A program made the position numbers and the translations under genes. The notes below the pieces were generated by a model. The model was not told the DNA's origin and made no database searches. It saw only the letters and a list, made by a program, of their open reading frames with translations. Shown piece by piece: positions 47,700 to 61,829 of a stretch of 64,000 nt of DNA. The stretch's first letter is position 1, and the number at the start of each line of letters is the position of its first letter. This DNA is from the human T2T-CHM13v2.0 reference genome, Homo sapiens. The DNA is taken from NCBI RefSeq assembly GCF_009914755.1, contig NC_060930.1. One strand, 5' to 3'.

Positions 47700-48728
47700 C
47701 TTTGTGGTTTTATCTACCTTTGGTGTTTGATGATGGTGAAGTACAGATGTGGTTTTGGTGTGGATGTCATTTCTGTTTGTTAGTTTTCCTTCTAACAATC
47801 AGGACCCTCAGCTGCAGGTCTGTTGGAGTTTGCCTGAGGTCCACTCCAGACCCTGTTTTCCTGGGTATCAGCAGCAGAGGCTGCAGAACAGTGGATATTG
47901 GTGAACCGCCAATGTTGCTGCCTGATTGTTTCTCTGGAAGTTTCGACTCAGAGGGGTACCCAGCCATGTGAGGCGTCAGTCTGCCCCTACTGGGGGCTGC
48001 CTCCCAGTTAGGCTACTCAAGGATCAGAGACCCACTTGAGGAGGCATTCTGTCCCTTCTCAGATCTCAAACTCCGTGCCGGGAGAACCACTACTCTCTTC
48101 AAAGCTGTCAGACAGGGACATTTAAGTCTGCAGAGGTTTCTGCTGCCTTTTGTTTGGCTATGCCCTGCCCCCAGAGGTGGATTCTACATAGGCAGGCAGG
48201 CCTCCTTGAGCTGCAGTGGGCTCCACCCAGTTCGAGCTTCTGGGCCGCTTTGTTTACCTACTCAAGCCTTAGCAATGGTGGGCACCCCTCCACAGCCTTG
48301 CTGCCGCCTTGCAGTTCAATCTCTGACTGCTGTGCTAGCAATGAGCGAGGCTCCGTGGGCATGGGACCCTCTGAGCCAGGTGCGGGATATAGTCTCCTTG
48401 TATGCTGTTTGCTAAGACCATTGGAAAAGCACAGTATTAGGGTGGGAGTGTTCCGATTTTCCAGGTGCTGTCTGTCACAGATTTGCTTGGCTAGGAAAGG
48501 GAATTCCCTGACCCTTTGTGCTTCCTTGGTGAGGTGATGCCTCGCCCTGCTTTGGCTCATGCTTGGTGCACTGCACCCACTGTCCTGCACCCACTGTCCA
48601 ATAAGCCCCAGTGAGATGAACCCGGTACCTCAGTTGGAAATGCAGAAATCACCCGTCTTCTGAGTCACTCACGCTGGGAGCTGTAGACTGGAGCCGTTCC
48701 TATTCAGCCATCTTGGAACCGCTCCCCC
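47700..48728 (-). promoter_or_regulatory. L1 5'UTR internal promoter with YY1 site (CAAGATGGC, near 48706-48714), CpG-decayed
   Basis: Complete 1029-bp 5'UTR including the ~129-bp segment (~47828-47956) that the youngest L1s lack. Confidence 0.8.
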
Positions 48729-48982
48729 AGAAAACGGCCCAATTTTATTCTTTTTCCTGTGGAAGTTCAGTTTTCCCTCTGCTGTTTATCAAAAAGACAA
48801 TTTTTCTTATTGTGTGCTGTTCGTGTCCATATATATTTGGATTTATTTATGGGTTCTCTATTCTATTCCACTGGTTTATGTCTGCTTTTATGCCAGTACC
48901 ATGCTGTTTTGATTATTATAGCTTTGTTATATAATTTAAAATAAGGAAGTGTGATGCCTCCAATATATATATATACATATTT

Positions 48983-49250
48983 TTTTGGTATGGGGGTGGA
49001 TTTTTGCTTTGTCGCCCACCCTGGAAGGCTTGCTACAACCTCCACCTCCAGGGCTCAAGTGATTCTCCTGCCTCAGCCTCTCAGGTAACTGGGATTACAG
49101 GCACTTACCACCACACCTGGCTAATTTTTGTATTTTCAGTAGAAATGGGGTTTCATTATGTTGGCCAGAATGGTCCTGACCTCAACCGATCTACCCACCT
49201 TGGCCTCCCAATGTACTGGGATTACAGATGTGAGCCACTGCACCCAGCGC
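48983..49250 (-). mobile_element. Degenerate Alu within the L1MA
   Basis: 'acctccacctccagggctcaagtgattctcctgcctcagcctc...gggattacagatgtgagccactgcacccagc'. Confidence 0.9.
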
Positions 49251-52063
49251 AATGTTGTTTTTTCTTTCTCTGAACTGCTTTGGCTATTTGGGGTCTTTTG
49301 TGGTACCATATGAATTTTAAGATTTTTTTCCCCATTTTTGTGAATAATGCCATTGGGGTTTTGATAAGGATTGCATGGAATCCATAAATTTCTTTGGGTA
49401 GTATGGATATTTTAACAATATTAATTCTTTGCTTTTTTCTTTCTTTCTTTTTCTTTATTTTAATTCTGTGTTTACTCTATGACTCATTTTGGATAGTTTC
49501 TATTGTTATGTTTTTAAGTTCACTTATCTTTCCTTCTGCAATGCCTAATCTGTCATTAATCTCAACTGGTATGTTTTTATTCTTGAATGTTGTAGTTTTT
49601 ACCTCTTAAAGTTCAATTTAGGCCTTTAAAAAAATCTGCCATGACTCTACTTCATTTTTTGAACCTGTTTAGTTTAGTCATCAACCATTTCAATGTGCTT
49701 GTCTACTAAATATAAAAATGTATCTGCTCTGGGTCAGTTTTGAATGATTCATCTTTCTTCTTATTGTGAGTCTTATTTTCCTACTTCTGCTTAGTAATCT
49801 TTTATTGTTATGTCAGACAGTGAATTGTACATTGTTAGTTACTGGAGAGTTTTCTATTTCTATGGATATTCTTGAGCTTTGTTCTTGGGATGCAGTTAAG
49901 TTACTTGACATTATTTTGATCTTTTCAGGTCTTGCTTTAAAGATTTAATGAGTAGGAATGGATTCTCCCTTACTGAGGCAAGAGCACCCTGTGTACTCTA
50001 CCTATTCCCCTTGAATCCTGAGGTTTGCTAGGTACTTTAGCTGACCCCATGTGAGTGTCAGGCACTGATATTGCTAGCTATTTCCTGTAATTCTTTCCCT
50101 GTCATTTCCTCACATACATGTGTTACTTGTACTCAGCTGAACACTGAAGGGCATCTTCTGTAGATGTTTAAGGAGTTCTCTCCATGTGCAGTTCTCTCCT
50201 CTTTAGGAATTTGTCCTGCAAATTCTGGCTGCCTTGATCTCTTCAGACTCTCAGCACCGTCTCCTCAACTTAGGGGGGTCTTCTGGGCTTCACCTGGTTT
50301 CCATATTCTTATGCGGGAGTTGGGAAACCCTCTCAATGCAATAAATTGTGGGAAATTGCAGGGCTCACTTGTTTGTTTCCTGTTTCTCAGGAAACATTTT
50401 TTTCTTGCTGTTCCTCATTGTATAATATTAAGTGTTTTGAATATTTTGCTTTATATATTTTGAAAACCTATTTTACATATTTTATATGTTTTGGTTGTTT
50501 CAAGCAGGACAGTAAATTTTTCCCCTGTTATTCCATAGAGGTCTAAATCAAAGTTTAGGCACAATTGGTTTGAATGGCTCAGTCATTTAATTGCTGTGAG
50601 ACCTTAGATACATTTCTTTAGTACTTGAAACTTTAAATTTTTATCATTAAAACTAGGAAAATATCAGAGCTTTCTTAATAGAAATAAATAACATTTAAGT
50701 TGTGTCCAGCATGGTGTTGAGTATATAGTTGGTATTTAATGTATCTATATTTTTGTGTGCCTTCTCACTTCTCTTTGCTTATGATAGTGTGGAAAAAATA
50801 CTCTTTGAGTATGTTAAATTAGTTCTGCGATTCCAAATTAAATTCACTCTGTTCTCAAAATGTGAAGATTAAACAATGCCCACACTGTTGCAAACTGCCC
50901 AAACTTCTTTTCCTTCTGAGTGTCCAAGGGCTAATAAATCATCTGCTTCTATTGCTAAGATTTGTCTAATTGCTAAGAATTGCTTAATCTTATCCTGTTA
51001 ATGTGAATAGTAGAGAAACACAAGTGGGGCTCATTGAATAGTACAGTTTTTGACCCCTAACATCTGCCTTCCTTTTCTCTTGTGCTAAATGATAGTTTGC
51101 AAGTGTTTAAAAATTATTTTATTATACACGGCTATAATATAATATGGTGGGATTGGGGTTATCTGGAAATTTTAGGTTCTAATCCCCGTAAGATTTCCCT
51201 TGATTCACACCACATTTATCTTTAAGGAGAAATATGTAGACAGAGCAATAGTATTTAAATATATTATTTGCATGTACCATATGGTACTTAATCTAAATAC
51301 ATATATGCATATACATACACACACCTATATGTATTTAATTTTTAATTATGTCAAATGATTTACTAAATTCCTTACATACCACCTATGGTTAAAATTTGAG
51401 TTTTAGCTGCAGACTAATAAAACTTGTTCTGAGGCAGCTATTGCAACCATTGCATTTTTTTTCCTCTGAGCATTACTAGTCAATTTTAGAAAGAGTAATT
51501 GGATCTGTTATCTATGTTCCTCCAATTCTCCTACATAACTTTATCAAATTAATCTTCCTTGATCACTGCTTTTACGCTGTCATTCCCCTTTCTCAGAAAA
51601 AGTTTAGAACGTCTGAGTTTTTATCAGCTTACAAGGGAACCCGTTTACTTTCTTTCAAGTCCCTACCCACATACTTCTCATCCTTCATATAAAAGCCCAC
51701 TTCCTTTTACTTTCTTGTGTGAAGCCTCCAAAAAGGGCAGAACTTTGTCTGTTGGTTCCCCTAGTCTGTCCCACTCCTTCTCAGCATCTTCTCATATGTT
51801 TTTTTCTGGCCCTGACCCTGCAAATTTATTTCTCACCTTTTCCCTTAGGTAGATCACCTTAACTTCCTTAATGAAAACTTCCATGACTCCAGTCCTCACT
51901 GATACCCCCTTTCTCTATTTATCTAAGAATGTGTAATTATAGAATGATAAGCCAGTGTTATAATATTGTGTTGAAACCATAGGGGAAATTAAAGTTTGGG
52001 AAGTTGGTTACTGGCTCAGGCTCACACAAAGTGCTAGCAGTGGAGTCTGAACTAGAATTCATA

Positions 52064-52186
52064 TCCAGGCATGGTTTCTGGAGCCTGTAATCCCAGCTAC
52101 TCATTTAGGGCTGCAGTGAGCTATGGTGGTGCCATGGCATGCCAGCCTGGGTATCCGGAACAGACCTTGTCTCAAAAAAAAAAAAA
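52064..52186 (+). mobile_element. Alu monomer (FLAM/FRAM-like) with internal deletion
   Basis: 'ccaggcatgg...gcctgtaatcccagctactc|atttagggctgcagtgagctatgg...gaccttgtctc' followed by poly(A). Confidence 0.8.
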
Positions 52187-52289
52187 TTAGGATTCTTATA
52201 TTTTGGACCACTGTACTTTGTAACTGTGTGTGAAATTTTATTCATTTGTTCATCCATTCAAAAATATAGACAGTGTACCTTCTTCGATC

Positions 52290-52450
52290 CAATCTTTTAA
52301 TCTACACAACAAGAGGTAGATACTGTTGTCATGCTGATTTTACAGACAGGGACTGATCTAAGGCATCAGAAGTAAATGTCAGAGTTGGGATTCAAACCCC
52401 AGTAGATGGGCACTAGGACCTGTGTGTTTCATCAGCATGTGACACTGCCT
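52290..52450 (-). mobile_element. MIR
   Basis: 'acaacaagaggtagatactgttgtcatgctgattttacagacaggg...agagttgggattcaaacccc'. Confidence 0.7.
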
Positions 52451-55400
52451 GTCTTTGCTGCAGGTCTAGCTCCCTGGCTACTTTTTATGTACATGAAGGA
52501 TGAGGTCATGCCACATACTTCTGGGTCCCTGTTGTCTTCCAGATAGGGAATAAACACACAGTGTGCCTCAATATCTGTTGATTGACACAGTGTGCCTCAC
52601 TATCTGTGTCTGACTCCACAAATTGCTCATTAAGACAGTCCCCAAATCTGAATCAACATTTGCCCACAGTCATATTTTTTAAGAAATTACTTGAATCCAG
52701 ATAAAGGATTCTGTGTGTGTATATGGAAATTAAAATATAAGGTAATCATGCAGATAATTAAGGCAATACCTCACTTTTTACTTCAATAATCTTCTTTTTA
52801 TTCTTTGTTTGACTTTGTCAGTGCAGCACTGTAGCTCAGACCACTTGACCTGCACCAGTCATTTAGGTTTTGTCACAAAGTCAGGCAACTATGTAGAGAA
52901 TTTGGACGGCAGAGCCAAAGTCTTTCAGCTTCTTGACTGAGTTTGATTCATTCTTACCACACAGTCCAGGGTTATCAGTGGATTTCTACACACTCTGGTC
53001 TGTGTAGAATTTGTCCAGCGATCTCCATATTTCATTGCTTCACATGAAATGTGTATATTCCAGAAAGTAGACTATATCTATATCTTTATATCTGTATTTC
53101 CAGAAATATTTTTCTGGATAAATTACATGGCCAGCCACAGTGCCTGGCATTAAGTGAAGGAAACAGAACCACTAGAAAAAATATTCCTTTTTGCAGTCAG
53201 GTCATTCCAGACCAAAAAAACCTCAAATCCTTATAGTCAGTAAGTATAATACATCATAACAAGATAGTGATTTGTGATGCAAGTCATCAATATAAAATAT
53301 AGAAGATTATTATTATTCTTATATTTAACTCAAGAGCAATATAAGGTTGATCTGATTTTATTCTTTAAGTAAATGCTGGTGAGCTTACTAGGTTTATATG
53401 ATCAATTGGCAGGACTTACTGAAATGATAATCAATAGTATAAATTCTATTTTACTTGATATTGGTATAGACATATAGTGGTGAGAAGTTCTATAAGTTCA
53501 CTGATTGTTATCTTTTTCTCTCATAGATAGGTGAGTAATACATTTCTTCTTAAAGTAGAAACAAACGACTGTGTTAGGAACAGAGTCATTGATTTGAACT
53601 CATAATAGAGTCTGGAGAACCAGCCCAATTATTGTTCTGAGTCTTAAACTGAATTTATTTTAAAAGATATAGTGTTTCATAACTCTTTTCTGTTCTAGGA
53701 AAAAAATGAAGAAGAGGGCTTTTTATATCTCCTCCCATTTATTTATTTTAGGATAATTATTTAGATGTCACGTTTACTATTAGCATTGCCATTTGGAGCT
53801 ATTTCCAGTTTTAGTTCAATTTCCATCTATTAGAAGTAAAGATAGAGCAGTTTTTACCCCCTGATGGAAATGAAAAATGGTGACTGTTAATGTCTTTTAG
53901 CACCATAACCATGCTTGTTATGATGATTTAGCTGAATTCACTGGAACAGATATAATGGCTAACTTTAGCTGTGTCTACAGAATGGCAGATGCAGATCACT
54001 TGCTGAAAAAAACTGTAATAGTGCTCTGTACATCTCTGTTGATTTTTATTGTAAACAATAAAATATATCATTAAAGGAGGCCACTACTTGATTTTTATGA
54101 ACATCATCTGATCAACTGGACCTGGGATTATAGAATGCAGATGTACACCTGGGTTTCAACAAATGAGTGCTCTCTCTCTCTCCTTTTTTTTCTAGTTGAA
54201 TATTTCCATTTATGTTACTTGGGGAAAGATTGCCACCATAATATGAAGCATCATTACTAAATCTAAATGATGCCCAATTAGGAAGGAGCCATGAAAGGTA
54301 AAGGAGAATATTAACAAGAGAAACTCAGCAAGAAGCTTGGCAGGCAGTTTAGGAAGAGACCCTAATCAGTGCATTAGATCTATTTCATCATAATCAGAGA
54401 TGGTAATTTACTTGAATGAGGCCTACTAAGTAGCTGGCACAGATCTGGATAACATAATATGAAACAAAGGCAGACTGAAAGTGGCTTTGAGGGCCCTAGA
54501 TGAGGGATCACATTTCTCCTGTGAAAAAATAACACAAAAACCTGATACCTTCTTTCTTAGGCTACCTGGACAAACTTCTCTCATTGTGGAAATGAATGCA
54601 TGTGGATAGCTGTGGTATCCATTAATGATTATTTCTGTGCCATGTAGATAGGCAGAAAAGGGTGGTACATAGCAGTTTAGTGACTAATACTATATGATAT
54701 CACCGGATTCAAAATTCATCAGTGGAGGCTACCCTGCTGACAAGTCAAAGTGCTAAAATTGGCTGTGCTGTTGCTGGGTTAGTTCAACCTTCTGACAAAG
54801 GAATGAGCTAGCAAATACCTTTTGGATTCTGAGGTTGTGGTGGTCAGCACCATACTGTGGCTTATTCCTAACGTACTACTTAATGAATCTGAGCTCGAGC
54901 AGAGAAGCTATGATGATGACACCATTTAAAGACACTTTTGGACCTTTTTTTTCAAGTGTCCTTTGGCCTGGTTTAGTGTGCTTTCATCTCTAAAGTGTCT
55001 GCTCCAGCCCTGTTGTCACTGCTGTTGCTACACATTTTTGAGACTTTATCAGAGGGGGTGGCAACTGTTCCTATAATCACACCTTTCACTACCAGGCCAA
55101 GCATGATTCAGTTTTTCAGTCCACTGGAACCTGCAACGTTTTGGGAATTCCGCGACCATGTATTTTAATGTAAGCCTTTCTCTACTCTATTGCCAAGGTA
55201 ACATAAGACAGATTAGTAGTGTTTGAGCCCCTTTAACTCCTTTTTGGACGTTCTCTCATTGGTAGAACCTTGCCCCACCTGTATCTTCTCTTCCAGCTAT
55301 TGGGCTAGGCCAAGGAACTTCCTGAGATTTCTTGAGTGATTGATAACTCCATTGTGATTGGGAGAGTGGTGACTGAGCACCGATGCTGTCAAAACCCTTC

Positions 55401-55639
55401 TATCTGCTCTGTGGTCATCGGCATTTTGATGGCACTGTTATCTATTTACTCCCACAGGGAGTTGAGAACCCAGTAGTTGTTTCAGTTAATCTACTAATCT
55501 AAACTCAGTACTATAGCTTTTCTCGTCTAGAAAATCAGTTTTTCATAAAAGTGGCTTTGACCCCTTCATATAAAGATCTAGTTTCTGTGTGCATCAGACA
55601 TTTAGGGGAAAAATATCATTGATATGAGATGTCTTATAA

Positions 55640-56300
55640 TTATGGGGTTATTTGTTTAGCATCAATCTTCTGTCAGATACTGTTCTATCTCTGAAGATAA
55701 AGGAGTGAAAAACACAGGCAAAAATATATACCTTGAAAGAGCTTACATTCTATTGGGATGGGATGGGACAAATAATAAAATAAAAGTAAAAAATAAATAA
55801 AATACATATAAAAAGAACTACGTGATAAATTTAAGCAGCCAAGTTGGTGATAAGTTGTTATGGTGCCAATAGAAAACTACTACAATTGTGCGTATCCAAC
55901 ATTTCTTCATTTGTATTGCTCAGCAGTATTCCAGGTATCTTAGAGGACTTATCAGTTCTCCTATTTTTGAGCATCTAAGTTGATTTTAGTTGTTTAGTTA
56001 TTATAAATAAAGCTATGGAACAAGAAAAAATAAAATGTGTGGTATGTTGGATGGTGGGTAAGTGTTATTGAGAAAAATAAAGAACAGAAGGCCCTCGTTG
56101 AGATGGTGACATTTGAGCAGAGGCCAGAAGGAAGTATGGAGTGAACAGTCTCCCTGGCACACAGACCCATAAGGAAATAGGTCCTGATTCCTGAAGTTTG
56201 ACTGTCAAAGTGAGAGTAAGGAGTGGACTGTACCAGAGAGAGACCAGTAGGAGGTGAGGTCTGCGGGGGAATGGGGGAGGGCAGAGGTTGGAGACAGCTT
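55640..56300 (-). mobile_element. L2 remnant with a small inserted fragment
   Basis: 'tgtcagatactgttcta...gaaagagcttacattctattggg' and 'gagatggtgacatttgagcagaggccagaaggaagt'. Confidence 0.65.
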
Positions 56301-57203
56301 CATTGTTGTTTTTGTGGACTTAGTTGACGTATTTAAGTCTATTCACCCAGTTGTAATAATGTGGCAACTGTGAAGGATTGGTTGCCCAGGGAAATTCTTA
56401 AGTGAAATTTTTCATATCTGTAAAATCAATCCACATACCAGTATCCCTGTAAAGGGCTATGCTGACAGATGTTTAGAAGGGAATAGAGAGCAAGTGTCCT
56501 TATAGGGAAGCATGAAGGCAAGGCAGCCTGCGCCTCTCATTCTGTGATTTGGTAGATAGTATTTTACCTTGTCTTCAAAAGACTGTGACTTGGCAACTGA
56601 GCAAGGACAGCTACTTGTGAATTTATCAATACAAAAATGTTTAGTAAGGTTTTCTTTTAAACATTTTCTGTTTTTTACCTTCATGCTTTGAGACATATCT
56701 AACAGTTATTCTTTCAAATCTTGAAACAACAAATAAAGCAAAACAAATAATTTTGGGTGACAATCTCAAAATAAATTGAGAAGAACAGTTTTTGGAACAA
56801 GGAGTTACATTTTTAGTGATAACATTATATGTATACATAGAGTCAAATTGCTTTTATTTGTGTTCCTGTTTGTTGTTCAGCACAATATCCAAATTTCATG
56901 GTAACAGACTGCATCCTTGTAGTTTTATTCCAAGAAAACTCTGTGTTCCAGAAATTTCCTGTTTTAGTTTTCAAATGTGCTTATTTATCTGGACCCCTAG
57001 CACTGAATAATCAGTGTTACCATAGTCATTAAATGCTTTTTCCAACTTCCAGAAAAGTTGACTTTATTTACCTATTTATTTAAATTAATTTTTATGTAGA
57101 AAATATATTACAATATTTTAACTTTAAAACATTCAAATGATACAGAGTTATAAGACTAAAAAGTGAAATTTCTTTATTATCTTTCCTTGTAATAACTACT
57201 TGA

Positions 57204-57646
<443 letters not shown>

Positions 57647-57782
57647 TTGTTTTTATTTATTGACAAGTCTTGGGAGTCTTTCCATGCCACTATCCTACTT
57701 CTTTCTTTTTACTTGTTACATAGTATTCCATAGAATATATTTATTTTATAAAACATTTCTATAGACACTTCTGTGGAATTTT

Positions 57783-58152
57783 TAAAAATATATATTTAAT
57801 AGACCCATAATAATGCTATATGTTTATGGGGTACAGTGTGATATTTTGATATATGTATCCAATGTGTAATAATCAAATAAAGGTAATTGGGATTACTGTT
57901 ACCTCAAACATTTATCATTTATTTGTGCTGGGAAAATTCAAAACCATCTCCTTTAGCTACCTGAAAACATGCAATAAATTGTTAGGTATCATCACCCTGC
58001 AGTGCTACAGAACAGTAGAGCTTGTTCCTTACATCTAGCTGAAATTTTGCCTCCATTAACCAAGCTCTACCTATCTACCCTACCCCTTCCCTTCTCAGCC
58101 TCTAGTAACCACTGTTCTATCCTCTACTTCTATGAGATTATCTTTTTTAGCT
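57783..58152 (-). mobile_element. L1MA 3' end, 5'-truncated
   Basis: 'tatggggtacagtgtgatattttgatatatgt...acctcaaacatttatcatttatttgtg'; approximate TSD ttct(g/a)tggaat at ~57769 and ~58153. Confidence 0.75.
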
Positions 58153-58254
58153 TTCTATGGAATATTTTTATTTACTATTTATTTATATATCTCCATTTCA
58201 CAAAGGAAATGTGTATTAAAAATAATATATAGTATATAATAAAAAATAAATTTC

Positions 58255-58553
58255 ATTATTTATTTATTTTTAGAGATGGTTCCTCTGTTGCCCAGCTGGA
58301 GTGCAGCGATGAAATCATGGCTCACTGAAGCCTTGACCTTGTGGGCTCAAGTGATCTGCCCACCTTAGCCTCCAAAGTAGTGAGGACTACAGATGCATGG
58401 CACCATGTCCAGCTAATTGTTTTAATTTTGGTAGAGATGGGGTCTCACTATGTTATCTTCCCCAAGCTGATCTCAAACTCCTGGCCTCAAACAATCCTCT
58501 TGCCTCAGTCTCCCAAAGCATTGGGATTATAGGCATGAGTTATGACACCCAGA
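58255..58553 (-). mobile_element. AluJ
   Basis: AluJ-type text 'aaatcatggctcactgaagccttgacc...gggtctcactatgtt...aaacaatcctcttgcc'. Confidence 0.9.
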
Positions 58554-58623
58554 CAAATTTTTGTTTTTAGATACAGTGATGCTTCCTTATAGGTTCACCT
58601 TTTAATCAAGTGCACGTATTTCT

Positions 58624-59658
58624 CTTTTTTTTTCATTTTTGTTAAAGAGTTTTTCCTCCTTTTTATTTATTTATTTATTTATTATTATTATACTTTAAGT
58701 TTTAGGGTACATGTGCACAATGTGCAGGTTAGTTACATATGTATACATGTGCCATGCTGGTGCGCTGCACCCACTAACTCGTCATCTAGCATTAGGTATA
58801 TCTCCCAGTGCTATCCCTCCCCCCTCCCCCCACCCCACAACAGTCCCCAGAGTGTGATGTTCCCCTTTCTGTGTCCATGTGTTCTCATTGTTCAATTCCC
58901 ACCTATGAGTGAGAATATGCGGTGTTTGGTTTCTTGTTCTTGCGATAGTTTACTGAGAATGATTATTTCCAATTTCATCCATGTCCCTACAAAGGACATG
59001 AACTCATCATTTTTTATGGCTGCATAGTATTCCATGGTGTATATGTGCCACATTTTCTTAATCCAGTCTGTCATTGTTGGACATTTGGGTTGGTTCCAAG
59101 TCTTTGCTATTGTGAATAATGCCGCAATAAACATACGTGTGAATGTGTCTTTATAGCAGCATAATTTATAGTCCTTTGGGTATATACCCAGTAATGGGAT
59201 GGCTGGGTCAAATGGTATTTCTAGTTCTAGATCCCTGAGGAATCGCCACACTGACTTCCACAATGGTTGAACTAGTTTACAGTCCCACCAACAGTGTAAA
59301 AGTGTTCCTATTTCTCCACATCCTCTCCAGCACATGTTGTTTCCTGACTTTTTAATGATTGCCATTCCAACTGGTGTGAGATGGTATCTCATTGTGGTTT
59401 TGATTTGCATTTCTCTGATGACCAGTGATGGTGAGCATTTTTTCATGTGTTTTTTGGCTGCATAAATGTCTTCTTTTGAGAAGTGTCTGTTCATGTCCTT
59501 TGCCCACTTTTTGATGAGGTTGTTTGTTTTTTTCTTGTAAATTTGTTTGAGTTCATTGTAGATTCTGGATATTAGCCCTTTGTCAGATGAGTGGGTTGAG
59601 AAAATTTTCTCCCATTTTGTAGGTTGCCTGTTCACTCTGATGGTAGTTTCTTTTGCTG
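58624..59658 (-). mobile_element. L1PA2/3, 5'-truncated (~1 kb), with a short 3' transduction
   Basis: TSD aagtgcac(g/a)tatttct at 58608-58623 and 59659-59674; uninterrupted ORF2 C-terminal frame from 59658 to 58892. Confidence 0.95.
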
Positions 59659-59768
59659 AAGTGCACATATTTCTTGAAAACAGACAGTTAAAAGGAAGAA
59701 TTTATTAGTTGAAGGATATACTCATTATCTACTTCCTATTGTAGGCTAGTTTAAAAATAAACGCATTA

Positions 59769-60120
<352 letters not shown>

Positions 60121-60819
60121 TCAAATACTAAAGCAAGGCATAATGTGAAAGTTAGTGACTTCTTCATTCCCTAAACACTGTGTTTTACTTGCTGCAAAGG
60201 TAATTCCAATTAATATTATTTTGAGCATTTCAAGAACAATTTTAAGAATGCACATACACAAAGAATACTCACACAGAGACAGATACGCATATGTGTATTC
60301 ATGTTTATACAATGTAATTATATATTATATATTTACACAGACTAAGGACAATTACTTTAGAAAACACTTAAAGTGATGTGGTTTAGAAGCTAAAGCTTTG
60401 GAGTTTATTTTGCAGGTTGTATACAATGTTTTTCTTACTTTAAATTCTCTTTGGTCTTCCAAGTTAATACATTAAAACAGCAGAACTATTTTAAGTAAGT
60501 TTATTAATATTGCAATTTCACACTTGCACATGGGAATTTTACTACAAAATAATACACAATCTTAACATAGGTATTGTATTTGCATCTGATATCCCACCCT
60601 CACCATGATCGTGGATGGTTTGATTTTCTCGCTTACATGCTTACCTGCTTGCCCTATATCAGTGTAAATGAAACCATAACTCCTCAATGAAATATATTAC
60701 ATTTCTTCACCAAATGCCTGTCCTTGTGACAGCATTACACCCAGCCAACAGGTAATATTTTTCACATTATAAAGTAGCAGCTTTCTTTCTCTGCATTGTT
60801 CATTTCCAAAAGTAAATTT

Positions 60820-60970
60820 GTGCATGCCTGTAATCCCAGCTACTGGGGAGGCTGAGGCAAAAGAATTACTTGAACCCAGGAGGCGGAGGTTGCAGTGAGC
60901 CAAGATTGCGCCACTGCACTTTAGCCTTGGAGACAGAGTGAAACTCCTCTCACAAAAAAAAAAAAAAAGA
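60820..60970 (+). mobile_element. Alu right monomer (5'-truncated)
   Basis: 'tgcatgcctgtaatcccagctact...ggaggcggaggttgcagtgagccaagattgcgccactgcac' followed by poly(A). Confidence 0.92.
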
Positions 60971-61004
60971 ATAAAAGGTGAAAATATAGAGAAAATTTCA
61001 GTTT

Positions 61005-61470
61005 AATGTTTATTAATGCAATTCCACAAATATGTGCTAGACACCAAGGAGAATATTAGACACCAAGGATAATATAAGGATGAACAAGATATATATGTGT
61101 CTTCAAGGAGCTTCCAATATAGTTACAGAGCTAAGAGAAAATGTTACAGTAGTATAGATTATAATATATTATACAGGAATGGCATGTACAGAGCACTTGG
61201 CAAAAGGCTACAGGAGATACAGAGATGAATCTTCATCTTAAGGAGCCTAGTTTATGCCAGTGAGGGGACTTAAGGCATGTATACAAATAACTTTCACGTA
61301 AGCAAGAATGAATTAATTGTCACAAGAGACAATATAATCAGTGTTCAAAGAAGGCAAACTCCTATTTGACCAAAAGAGGCAGGAAAAGGTTTCAGAGAGG
61401 AGATGGAATTTACAGTGTGCTTTGAAGGATGCATAGAAATTTGACAGGCTACTAAAAGTATTCAAAAGGA
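61005..61470 (-). mobile_element. L2 remnants
   Basis: 'tatgtgctagacacc...gatgaacaagat...cttcaaggagcttccaatatag' and 'ggaaaaggtttcagagaggagatggaattt...ctttgaaggatgcatag'. Confidence 0.6.
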
Positions 61471-61829
61471 ACAGGTGCATAAACATTGTAGGAATTATTT
61501 TGTTTGATCAAAAAGTACTCGTATGTATGAATAGCTTTGAATAAAAAATAATCAGTGACATCTCCTCTGGTCTTTTACAGAAAAATGCAGACAATTACCC
61601 TTTTAGAGGCATAGGCATGACTGAGGCGATGTCTAGATAAAATGAGACTATAATTCAGTGATTCCCTAAGCCTGAACCCAAATAAAGTAAATATCTACTT
61701 ATTTAAAATAAAATTTATATCCATACCTAAAAAGAGTTGAAAAAAAATCACATAAATGCCCATCTTAGTGGTACTAATAATAACTGCAACCATATTTTAC
61801 TAAAATTTTCAAAGAAATTCATAAATTGT

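Noticed and set aside
51274-51287. 14-bp perfect palindrome gtaccatatggtac
   Set aside because: A few palindromes of this length are expected by chance in 64 kb, and there is no supporting context.
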